Source: Carcharhinus longimanus
Lineage: Eukaryota
NCBI GenBank assembly: GCA_030264375.1
Contig: JASCQW010000130.1
Location: 19,204,242 to 19,268,241, forward strand
DNA: 64,000 nt
Direction: 5' to 3'
Of this stretch, positions 27,176 to 38,230 are shown in pieces. Both the position numbers and the translations under genes were made by a program. How positions within the stretch are numbered: the first letter of the stretch is position 1; the number at the start of each line of letters is the position of its first letter. The notes beneath the pieces are model-generated. The model was given only the letters and a program-made list of their open reading frames with translations. It was not told the origin of the DNA and ran no database searches.

Positions 27176-28120
27176 TCTATTTTCATCCCTTCTGAGGCCC
27201 CATTCCCAACTTGGTAAAGTTGCCATTGTGTTTCCACTTGGTACTGATTTAAGATGTTTCGGGTGTACATTGATTGATAAAACAACCACATAACTCTATG
27301 GCTACGGCATAGTCTGACTTTGGAATGAATTAAACCGAACATGGAGGGATGCCTTCCAACTTTTCCTGTACCACTTGAGTTTTAGATCGTGCAGAATGTG
27401 GCTCAAGTTTCTGATGCAAACTAATGCTTGGTATAGTATCAATATGCCAGGCAAACACTTAGTAAGATACACACAACAGGCATGACAATGGGGTACGTTA
27501 TATGATTGCAAAAATGGTATTAAAATGAACATTTAAATTGTTTTGAACTATCAAATCACTGGCAATTCAATAGGCCCATCATTAAATTCAGAATGTTATC
27601 CTCATTTCCACATCCCAAACATGCACCATGCTGACTCTTCAAGTCTTGAAGCCCATATTCTATTTTGACTTTTGTTTATCTTGAAGGTTAGGTAACAAAA
27701 ATTGCATTGATGGTATGCACATCTTTCACTAGACAACTGTATGTACTTGAATTGAATAAATTATAACTGGCTTTTGTTTGTGGAATTGATTCATAACAAA
27801 TTAATTGACTCAAGTTTGCTTCTACTTTAACTTTTTTCCAGTTGCCTATTATACCACATAGTACCAGTGTTGGAGCTGTGGACAACCTCTGCATTCTAGA
27901 ACAGAAGTAATCATAAAATGATTTTAAAAACTGATACAATTAGACTCTGATGTCAATTTTATAAATTATTATCGCCATTGTTATCTGAGTTTTTGCCACA
28001 TCATCAACTGCGGTCAGCAATGTGTCCCATATATTGTCTTGTTAGGGATAATTTCTTGATGGTAGATACTATGAAGCATGCAAACAACATTGAACAAAAA
28101 TTATTTTGCATTAATTTAAG

Positions 28121-28325
28121 GACTGTCATTTTACAATCCGGGGTGGCCGATTGCTGGAGACTGGAGAGTATCAGCTTCCTGTTGTTGTGCTGATGCTCAG
28201 TCTGCCTCATCCGACAAAGTCCTCCCCAACGCTTCTAACCCCTGGGATGATGGAGAATCTCTTCCACGAAATGGGTCATGCGATGCATTCCATGTTGGGG
28301 CGAACCAGATATCAACATATAACAG
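28121..28325 (+). other. MIPEP: Isolated intact exon of mitochondrial intermediate peptidase (M3 family), 205 nt, phase 0 to 1: [68 protein letters not shown](G)
   Basis: Acceptor ttttgcattaatttaag| and donor |gtagat. Contains the HEXXH motif (HEMGH) and is near-identical to recalled vertebrate MIPEP sequence. No other MIPEP exon was found in the window. Identity is confident, but its genomic placement is uncertain. Confidence 0.9.
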
Positions 28326-29092
28326 GTAGATAATTCCCAATTCAATGGAGGATTGCCCTTCTACTTTTATCACTAAAAACAAAATTTATGCAGTAGATTT
28401 GAAATTAGTAATACTTAACATCATATTAATAATGTTAGGATTTTCTGATTTTTCAGGAAAGTTTGGAAAAATGAAGCTATCTACTAAGTTCTCTTTCAGT
28501 TCTCCAATGGCTTGTTGATTGTGGAACTTCTTCTGTATGTTTTTACTTCCTTTGACATATTCATGCAGGATGTTTTTATTGAATTACCTTAAACAGCTGG
28601 CCTCCNNNNNNNNNNNNNNNNNNNNNNNNNNNNNNNNNNNNNNNNNNNNNNNNNNNNNNNNNNNNNNNNNNNNNNNNNNNNNNNNNNNNNNNNNNNNNNN
28701 NNNNNTGCATTTCTTGGTACTGGGCTTAACACTTCATTTTAACTGAAGGCAAACTGTAATCCATTTTCTTTATCTTGTGAAATATTATGAAGAGGAAAAG
28801 TAACTGCATTATTTTAAAAGGCTGCATTAAATTGAGGAAAACAATTTGCCCAGAATGCCCTGCAGGGCACAATTTGAAAGAAGATGCCGTTTCTCTCTCT
28901 CAGTCTTAGTGGCAAACTTCAGCCAAAAAAAATTACAGAAATTTAAATATTTGCCTCATTTAATAGAGGAAGGACTTAGACTGTAAACTGGTGTTTAAAA
29001 GCATTGGTTTGTTATGGTTTTTGGGGTCAGAAAATGGAAAAATGTTTTAGACAACTTTTTCCTGAAACTTCATTGTTTTTCTAAACCATCAG

Positions 29093-29155
29093 ATTGCCAT
29101 AGATATACCTCGTATGACTCCTGAGAGTTTAATACTGCAACCAAAAGTAAAAGAG
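29093..29155 (+). CDS. TBC1D22A: TBC1D22A arginine-finger exon, variant 1, 63 nt, phase 0 to 0: IAIDIPRMTPESLILQPKVKE
   Basis: Acceptor ttctaaaccatcag| and donor |gtaaga. Carries the IxxDxxR motif and resembles human TBC1D22A IHIDIPRMSPEALILQPKVTE. It is too short to appear in the ORF track. Confidence 0.92.
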
Positions 29156-31360
29156 GTAAGAGCTTTGGGAATGAAGTAAAATACTATCTTTGCCCTGCCT
29201 CATCCACCAGTACCATAACTAAAGCTCCTGTGATTGGCTATATGGTTTGATTTTTGCAGAGCTGGGTTTCTCATTTGATCAATTCCAATTGCTTAAAATC
29301 CTTCCTGTGTATTTTCTTGAAATTGCTTCAATCAGTATTATTTGTGATGCCTTATGATTGTCATATCAACACCAATTACTTGTGTATTAATGATGAAACA
29401 TGGTTTGAGAGTCATCCACAGAATTAGTACATGACTGAGTATTGGGGCTTGATTTTTTTTATACAGGGCTTTTTTTACTCTCCGACAGCCATATGTGCCT
29501 GTAGAGGCTAAGCTATAGGTGAAAGGACAAGCACAAGAATCTATGCTTCTGCCAACACCAACTTATTTGTCAGTTAGGAAAATTGCCATTTATATTGGAA
29601 TTTGCAACAGCCCCTTCCACTTTGTCAAAGTTGCAACATCTTGTGCCACCTCATGCGTCATTGATAATTTTGGATTGCTATAAATGTCTACAACTTGACA
29701 ATTTCAATTAATGATGGACATTCCCATTGAACCGAGGGCAGAATCACAGTGCACTGGTGTGGTGTGAAGCTCAGACAAACCTCGCTGATGTTTTAGTTGT
29801 TTTCAGTGTTTTACATACATTCCTGTTCATAATCTCAGTTTGATGCTAATGGTTAGAATGCTATTTGGGGCCATGTTTGCTGACTAAACTTTTGTTGTAT
29901 TGACTCTTAAATAAAAGTAGGAAGTGAGATAAAGATTGTGACTAGCTCCCTGTTATGAATTGTGAAGGAAAAGAGAGAATTTGGGAGCTGTTTTGAGAGG
30001 TAAATCTTATCTAGTGGAGATTATCTAGGTTTTGATTTTGTTGTATTGGCACTGCAGCCACTGAAAATGTAATGATGACCCTCAGCTGTAAAGCAGTAGG
30101 AAGCTGTAGTTAAGTTGTGTCCTAGTTGCCAAGGAATGGAGAAAGCAGTTCTGGGTTTCTGCAGCATTCCAGCTATCTGTTTTCCGCAAGTGGTTGGGTC
30201 TACACAATGTGTAGAAATTGGGAGATGATCTCTTGTGCTATCAGAGGACCCTTTAAGGGGAAGAGACAGCTCATGTCAAAGGTTGGTTGATTGATGATGC
30301 AAGAGTAGTTATCTTCAAGCTGATCTTGTCCTTTTGTCACTGGTGAGCAAAGATACCACTCCTGCAGCAGAACTCTGCTTTTTAATGCAGTTGACTTGTG
30401 ACAAATGAATGGGTGGTAGCAAGTGAAAATTTAATGGTGTTTAATTAGGAAGTCAGTTTGCAAGCATAGCTTCTCAACATGACTATTGCCCTCAATTCCA
30501 ATAATTGATTTCAAGTGCTTCCTCCTATAGACATTTATCACTTAACTTCCCTTGCCGATACATGCGCCACTTTTGTCTAAACTGACTCATCTTGGCAGTT
30601 GAATAATACTCGATGCTGAAGTTCAGTATTAGTGTCAATGTGAAGTTAGAGGTTTCAGTCTTCAGAATGCAGCTATCGATCTGAGTTAGGCTAAACAAGG
30701 AAACGCTGAAAAAAGATTGCAAGTAAAACTGCCCAAAAACAGCTATTTTGCACTAAGACAGTCACATGCAAACATATGTTCTTAGGTTCTTATGTACATA
30801 CATTGCTGTTATCCATTGATCTGGTGAAGTAACTTATCCTTAGAATTTTTCGAATTGCATAACAATCACCATGATTTTTGCTGATTAAGCTATAAACTTT
30901 TGAGATAAGATTGGAGGTCAGTTTGCAAACAAGAAGCTTATATAGGATCAAAGATTGCTTAAAAATTTGTGCAGTAAATAAACTAAAAATGTGGATGGTT
31001 CTTAAGAATGTTTCATCTCTTCTAGATTTCTGTAAAACTGGAATATGGAAATGATAGTAAAACTGAATTATCTTTAAAGTATTGATATTATTGATTCACC
31101 CAGCTCTGCAAATACAGCAGGCATGGACAAAGCTAGGATTCAGAGTTGCAAAGTTGGTTCTGTTGCTAAATGTATTCAAGGAGCACTTAACCTTGAATTG
31201 TGACTCTTCAATACATTGAGTATACCTAAACAAATGGCACCGCACTCTGCAGCTGAGAAACTTGGCTTTGAGTCCCAGCTAAATGCTAGCAATCGTCTTG
31301 ACTGGCTGCACCACCAGGAATAATTTCGCCTCTGCTACTGTTTTCTTTCTTTATTTACAG

Positions 31361-31426
31361 ATTCATATTGATATTCCAAGAACTAATCCTCTTATTCCTC
31401 TCTTTCAACAAGCTTCTGTGCAAAAG
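31361..31426 (+). CDS. TBC1D22A: TBC1D22A arginine-finger exon, variant 2, 66 nt, phase 0 to 0: IHIDIPRTNPLIPLFQQASVQK
   Basis: Acceptor ttttctttctttatttacag| and donor |gtgaga. Carries the IxxDxxR motif and resembles TBC1D22B IHIDIPRTNPLIPLFQQPLVQE and yeast Gyp1. Visible within ORF 31283..31477. Confidence 0.92.
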
Positions 31427-32599
31427 GTGAGAGAACTAATAAATGATGGGCCAGCACTGCTTGAATGGTGTAACTAAAAACAAAACAGAAACGCTGATTT
31501 CAATGTATAATTCACTCAGTTTTAGCTGGATTATAAGAAGTTGATGCCTGCATGATAATTTGGCAATTATTGTTTACATGGAGTTCCATGGGGAAAGCTG
31601 AATCATGTTAACCTGCCATGTGCAGTTTCACCTTTGTTAGAGAATCAAGCAGATTTTCATGCACTTGTTCATGCACTGCTGGTCTATCAAGCTGCCTGAT
31701 GCACAATGTCAACTTAAATGAGCATTCTGTAATAAAGTTGCAAGAGTCTTAATGCATCATTGTTTCTAACTACCACTTGACCTCGTTGAACGAAATGACC
31801 GAGTTTAAGCTAATGTTTTTGGCTTGCATCACACAACTAATTTGATACTGACATTCAGTAGTTTTGCAGTTGAAAGTAAATCAGTATCTGTTTTTACGCT
31901 TAGTCTCTCACTTGTTTTTCTTTGAGTTTTCTTTCTATTGGCGGCTAATGATCATGTGAAGAAAATGTGCAGTGAGACGGTGGCGAAGCTGTTCTGTTGA
32001 AAATTTTCTTTTTTGTGGTGCTGCATCTGAAAGTTCTTTCAATCTGCCTTTTTACTGCGGCAGTAGGCTAATTAGAATGATTTCACTTGGAAATAAATCT
32101 GTATTCCAGTAACATTTCAGAATTAACCTGAGCAGTGGTTCTAATTAATTGTCTTTCTGCACCGAGCAAAGCTGAGGATTGAGGGAACTTGTCTCCCGAT
32201 ACTTTAATGAGACCAAGGAAAGATCCAAGTTGAAGTAATTGTGCATCTTTGTGTGAAGTTCATTTGGTATACTTGAAAATTTTTGGCTTGTTTTTGTACC
32301 ACTTAAAAGTGCTGCATTTGAAAAAGGATAACTTTTAACTGTTGTAATTTGCAACTGCTGAATGCTTGACCCTTTGTCATGATACTTGTATAATTGTTAA
32401 TTTTTATCCACCACTTCCTTTGATGCCCTTGTCTGTCGGAAAACATGTATTCTCATCATCTGGATTAGTCCCATTACTGTAGATCCCATGTTTTTCTCAC
32501 ACCCAAAGGACACAGACTTAACAAAATCTGGCACATTTTAGCCATTTGTCAGATCTGACTGAAATGCTAGAAGTGCTTATTTTGTACTCATGCATGGAA

Positions 32600-32790
32600 G
32601 GAGAATGTTGCTGGTGAAGCCATTATTTATTGCCCATTCCTTAATTGCCATTAAGAAGGTGACGGTGAACTGCCACCTTGAACTGCTGCAGTTAACTTGG
32701 TGTTACACACCCACAGTTGGGTAGGATTTTGATCCAGTGACAATGAAGGAATGATAAAGGTTTCCAAATCAAGATGGTGTGCGACTTGGT
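32600..32790 (-). mobile_element. LINE 3' end fragment
   Basis: atttattgcccattccttaattgccattaagaaggtgacggtg, same family as 10440 and 42590. Confidence 0.7.
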
Positions 32791-33079
32791 GGTGGGCCAC
32801 TATTGGGCTGCCTCCTTTTCTGCTAAGGCCGCCCACAGCTGTAGGATTGCCCCAGATAGGAAAGGTAATCCAGGGCATCATCTTTCATGAAATTCCTGAC
32901 ACTGGTCCTGGAAAACATTTCCTCCCAGATTTGTGTCCACTCTTTCTATAGCATTATCTGAGTCTTCCCAATTTCTGCCATGTTGAAATGTCCTTAAGCT
33001 AAATCACATCTGCCATCTCCTGTGATCTTTTCAAGCTCTGCAAACTTATCTGATGCTTCTACAGTTCTTGTGCGAGAGA

Positions 33080-33960
33080 AGCCATAGATCAATTTGGCTA
33101 ATATCTATCTGTTGTTGGGAAGTTGCTAGAGTCTGTAACAACTTCTCTGAATAACTAACTTGACCATTTTTGGCCGACCAGAGAAAGCCAGTATGGATTG
33201 TGATAAGGTCCGTTATGCTTGATGAGTCTGATTGGTTTTTTATTTCAATAAGTGAATGAGATAGTGGACAGGGGAATGTCTATGCATTGTTATTTGTATG
33301 GACTTACAGAGGAAGTGTTAGCTAAAACAGAATTGAATGTAAATTATTGACATAGTTATTTATTAACAACATAGAAGATGGAATAGAAAGCCCAAATGCA
33401 AATTTGTCAATGATACAAATGCCTTAAGCAGTGTAGGTTGAAACATAAAGTTAGAAAGAGATATTAATACATTAAGCAAATGGATTAGAGTGTATTTCAA
33501 TGTGAGGTCATCCACTTCAGATGGGATAGATCAGAAAATTTTCTAAATGATAAGCTGGAAACACTGGAGATCCAAAGAGATGAGAGGTCCGTATGCATAT
33601 ACCATTAAAACATCATGAACTGGTATGGGAATTAACCAAAAATATGATTGGGATACTGATGTTTACATAAAAGGTGAGAACACAGGGGGATAGAAACCAT
33701 TCAGCCTTAGGTGGAACATACTTGGAGCACTGCATTCCATTCTGGCCAGCAGACTGTAAGAAGATTCATTTGGAAAGAAATAGATTTGAGTTTCTCAAAA
33801 TGAGACACAGCTTTCTAGGGTTAAAGTACAAGAAAAGGTTCCTGAGAATTTAAAGCTTAAGGGATGATTTTGATCAATGGTTTCAAGCTTTAAGGGGAAC
33901 AGATAGGGTAGATAGAAGCTGTTTCAGCTGGCTGGGTATCGAGGACTACGGAACAAAACT
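33080..33960 (+). mobile_element. Highly decayed CR1 LINE RT
   Basis: SVVGKLLES, ESQYGL, YMDLQ, KFVNDT and LEHCIPFW remnants. Confidence 0.7.
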
Positions 33961-36159
33961 TTTGTGTCTTTAAAAAAAAGTCTTTTCTGGGGTCAGTGAT
34001 AGATAATTCCACACATTCTACTTCCATTTGTTGCTTCAGTGGCGCAGTGTTAGTTAAGCTCCAGGTGGCTAAAATTCACTGCTAGATCCTGCCTGAGATA
34101 CTCCACAACATCGTTGTCGGGTAGTTGTTTTTCAAGTTGCTGAGCTTGAAGCCTTGATCCACTGTTGCACCAAGATTTTAGAAAGGGTGACTGAAAACAT
34201 CCCATCACCTGGTGGTTGTGGATCAGAAATGGATATTACACTGCACCTTAGCTGGATTGGGAGATGGGGGCAGTCAAGGGGAAGAGGAGGTTGATGGACG
34301 TTTGCAATAATAGGATGATTGTGGAGCGAGATTCCACTGTGGACAGCTGGGGGTNNNNNNNNNNNNNNNNNNNNNNNNNNNNNNNNNNNNNNNNNNNNNN
34401 NNNNNNNNNNNNNNNNNNNNNNNNNNNNNNNNNNNNNNNNNNNNNNNNNNNNNNGTGGAGCAGAAGCAACTTTTGAATCCACTTGAAAAGTCAGATCAAA
34501 TAACTGAATAAACTAATATAATCACAACAATTCATTAAATTGACCATAAAATCAGGCCATTTAGCCCATATCTTTGCAAGATACTTGATCTGGATTTTCT
34601 ACAATAACCCCATTGCACTTTTTCTAAATTTCTATCATTCCACGTAATATCATTCTTTTAAATGATATCATTGTATAAACAGAACGTGAATTACAATTTC
34701 TTTCAGCCCCTACNNNNNNNNNNAGAAATCCCTCGTCAATGTTTATTCCTCTTGGCAATGATTTGATGTCTCTAAATTTATTGTGTATTGACGTATTGAG
34801 AGATTGTCTTCACTTCACACTTAATCTGTGCAGTTTATTTTTCTTATTACAATGCACAGACTGGCATTCTAATTACACAAAACGACTTTCAGGAAGATCA
34901 AGAGCTGTAATGAATAACAAATCACTGCTGACCACTAACTTGTTTTCTGGCTTCCCTCGTAACTGGTAACAGTTGTTAGCTTGGCTTGGGTACTACCCCT
35001 TTGCTTTTCAAAACTTATCCCACCCTATAAAATTCCCCCCTCAACCCCACAGTTGTTGCAAATCAGCATCTCATCTCATCTCATCTCCCACCTCCCTTTT
35101 CTCCTTCAAATTCTTAAAACTATTGACTGTCGAATCCATGCCCAACTTTGTCAGAACTCTTGATTGGATAGATTCAAACAAATGAAAAACCCTAATCTAA
35201 TCTTAAATGCCAAGCTTTGTGATTTGGAATAATATCCTATCTGTAAAGGTGACCATCGAGCTATTTGCTTAGATTAAAAATCCAACAAGTTTACCAATGT
35301 CTTGGGAAGGAAAACTGATGCCCTCACCTGATCTGGTCTATTTGTTAAAATCATTTTTTTTGTCAGTGTGTTATGTAAGCAAGCAGTGATGGAGAGTGAC
35401 AATTTTTGAATTGGAGATTCCAATATTTAAAACATTGTTTTGGCTGGTGCATTTCAATCTGCTAAGACACACTGGTGGGACTCAGTTGAGGGTTTTTCAT
35501 AGGTCATTTAGTAATTCAAGGGTCAGTAGACATCAGTTAGACAGAGACTTAGTCAGGAGCAAGTGAAGCAGAAGGTGGCTGGTTCCGTTCATGTTAGCTT
35601 GAGAAGTTTGAAGCCCAGAGAAGCCCCAGTAGCTGTCACATTGCCCTGTATATTTGGGGCAGGGAAAACTCCACTGGGGGCTAAGACGATGGTTGAAGGT
35701 TACTGGCTCCATGTTGCTGGGCAGTTGGAGCAAAGGAACATCCTTGAGTACTGGTGTTCTCAATGGTTATAAAGCTGGAACTGTGTTGAATGTAACCTTG
35801 TGAATTGTGTGGGATGCGATCTCAGAAGAAGAGATTGAACAACTGGGAGGCAAACAGTCATTGAAGCAATCTGAATTGGAGAGCCTTTTAAGGGAAATAG
35901 AGGCCAGATCTTAGAAAGAGAGAAGCTGAAATCCCTCATGAGGGAAAAACAGAGTTTGAAATTCTTTTTTGTCATGCTGTGGGGTGGGGAGGGGTCACAA
36001 AAAATTGTGGGCTCTATTTTAATTGTCTGCCATCTGATATGCAGTTTTGTGCTGTATTCAACTGGAGTTTACCTGTTAATTCATGTTTACCTCATGTTAA
36101 TTCTGGATTAAAAAAAAATAATTATTGAGAGCTGTGCATTGCTGGCGAGGCCAGCATTT

Positions 36160-38230
36160 ATGATCAGAGACAGGATTGTCTTAGGAATAAACAATCCCAC
36201 TGTGAGAACATGTCTGCTTTCAGGAAAGCTATTGACACATACAGTAGTTCTGAGATGGTTAATCATCAGCTGCAGAGTATGGATGTGGTAACTGATGAGG
36301 CTCTGCACTCTGCTCAGGCCTTCCAAGTGGAGAAAAGGAAGAAATATTTACAGGAGGGCAAACAGAATGACCAAGCCCAGGGTACATCGTCATTGCTGTA
36401 TCCAGTGCATTTTGCCATTGTAATGCTTCAGCTCAAATATGCCAACACTGGCGTCTCTGTCCTTGAGATCTACTATCCCATTTGCAGCCTCCCTTTCTTC
36501 TCAAGTCCAAGACCATGTGTTGCCTCACAAATCCACACTCATTTTTTCACACTTTTATTTCAATCTCATCAAATATTCTATCCCATCATAGTACTGAAAT
36601 GGCTTTGGTGTGTGTTACACATGAGATCTGACATAATGGCAATGCAGTCAGCTATACCTAAATCCTTCTCAATCTGTCGTGAGCCTTAGACACAGCTGAC
36701 CATATCTACATCTTCCAACACCTCTCCATCCATCATCACCCTGACAATGTCCTGACTGAATACTAGTACTCGAGAACTAACCACTGCAAATCAAGTTGTT
36801 CAAGATCTGCCACATCTTTGGCAGCTGCCCGACAAAGAAGGAAGTTGCCCAGGTGTTTAGTCTGCAAAAGAGCAGAACAAACACAGTCTGGCCATTATTG
36901 CACCATTATCCTCCTCCCAATCATCAGCAAAGTGATGGAGGGTGTCATTGAAAGTTCTGTCAAGCAACATTTACTCACCAGTAACCTACTCATTGCTCAG
37001 TTGGAATTCCACAATTTCAACTTTGCATTGCCTCAAACATGGATGGAAGGGAGCTCAATTCTAGAGGTGAAGTGAGGGGTAATACTATTGAGCATCAGAG
37101 GAGGTGATTCTGTCTTGCTGGAGCCATCCATTACCTGGTACTTGATGAGCATGATGTTATTAGCACAACACCCAAGTTTTGATGTTGTTCAGGTCTTGCT
37201 GCATGGAGGCAAGGATTTCTTCATTATAAGAAATTGCAGTGGAACTGAACACTTCGCACTCACATCCCTACTTGTGACCAAATGACGGAGGAAAGATCGT
37301 CTGAAAATCGTGAGCCTGAAAGTGTTGCTGTGAGGAACTCCTGTAATGATGCTGTGATGTGAGATGATGGACCATAGCTGCAAGAACCACAGCTGTTTTC
37401 CTTGGTGATGTGGTATAATTGCAGCCAATGGGGCTTTATCCTGATCAGTTTGACTTGTGCTCCTTGGTGCCACACTCAGTCGAATATGACCTTTGTGCGA
37501 AGGGCAATCACACTTCCCTCACCTCTGGACATAAGATTTTGTGCAATATTATGGCTTCATTTATTTATTAGTCACAAGTAAGGCTTATGTTAACACTGCA
37601 ACAAAGTTACTGTGAAATTCCCCTAGTCGCCACAGTCCAGTACCTGTTCAGGTCAATGCACCTAATCGGCATGTCTTTGAGAATATGGGGGGAAACCAGA
37701 ACACCTCGAGGAAACCCGGGGTCAACGTGCAGACTCCGCACAGACAATGACCCAAACTGGGAATCAAACCCGGGTCCCTGGCACTTTGAAGCATCAGTGC
37801 TAACCACTATGCTACCATATGAAGGCTATATTGAGGTTTGGGGTCTAGTAATCCTTGGGGAGTGCAAATTGAGCACTAGGGAGCAGGCTGTTGGTAAGTG
37901 CTGCGTCAGGTGTTGGTGGGAACATAGGAGGAGGCAGAGATGGATCATTCAGTACTTTTGGCTAGAAACGATTGTAAACACTGAAATGTCCTCTCTTTTT
38001 GCACTCGCATTCTGGCCTCTTGCCTTCCAGCACTCAGAATGGAAATATTTATGGAGTCTCCTCTTTGTTAATTTGGTCATGGAATCACTTGGCTCTGTTT
38101 GTAGAATGCCACATTCATTATTTAACATTGACATAATCTGTGTTTATAGCTTCACAAAGTTGACATCTCATTTTCAGGTATGCCTGGCACTGCTCTCTGC
38201 ATACTCTTAGATTTATTATTCCACCAGGCG
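36160..38230. mobile_element. Patchwork of LINE fragments (+ strand about 36790-37075; - strand about 37090-37550 and 37820-38230)
   Basis: ORF 36818..37075 encodes HYCTIILLPIISKVMEGVIESSVKQHLLTSNLL. The adjacent minus-strand piece encodes DIRLSVAPR/GVPxS-type RT remnants. Confidence 0.65.
37558..37816 (-). mobile_element. V-SINE with alternative tail (same subfamily as 12925-13213)
   Basis: ttatttattagtcacaagtaaggctt...ccctggcactttgaagcatcagtgctaaccact. Confidence 0.85.

Noticed and set aside
27980-28400. Complete nested MIPEP gene or processed pseudogene
   Set aside because: Only one exon is present and homology stops at the splice sites. The next-exon sequence (TRCPTDFAEVPS, carrying the third zinc ligand) was not found.
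31361-31426. A separate TBC1D22B gene or a misplaced TBC1D22B contig
   Set aside because: It lies on the same ungapped contig as the A-type exon, all flanking exons are A-like, and no other B-type exons were seen.
37587-38210. Longest ORF (207 aa) and other long ORFs such as 4480..5001, 14529..15047 and 47419..47937
   Set aside because: These are chance read-throughs of SINE and LINE sequence with no coherent protein homology.
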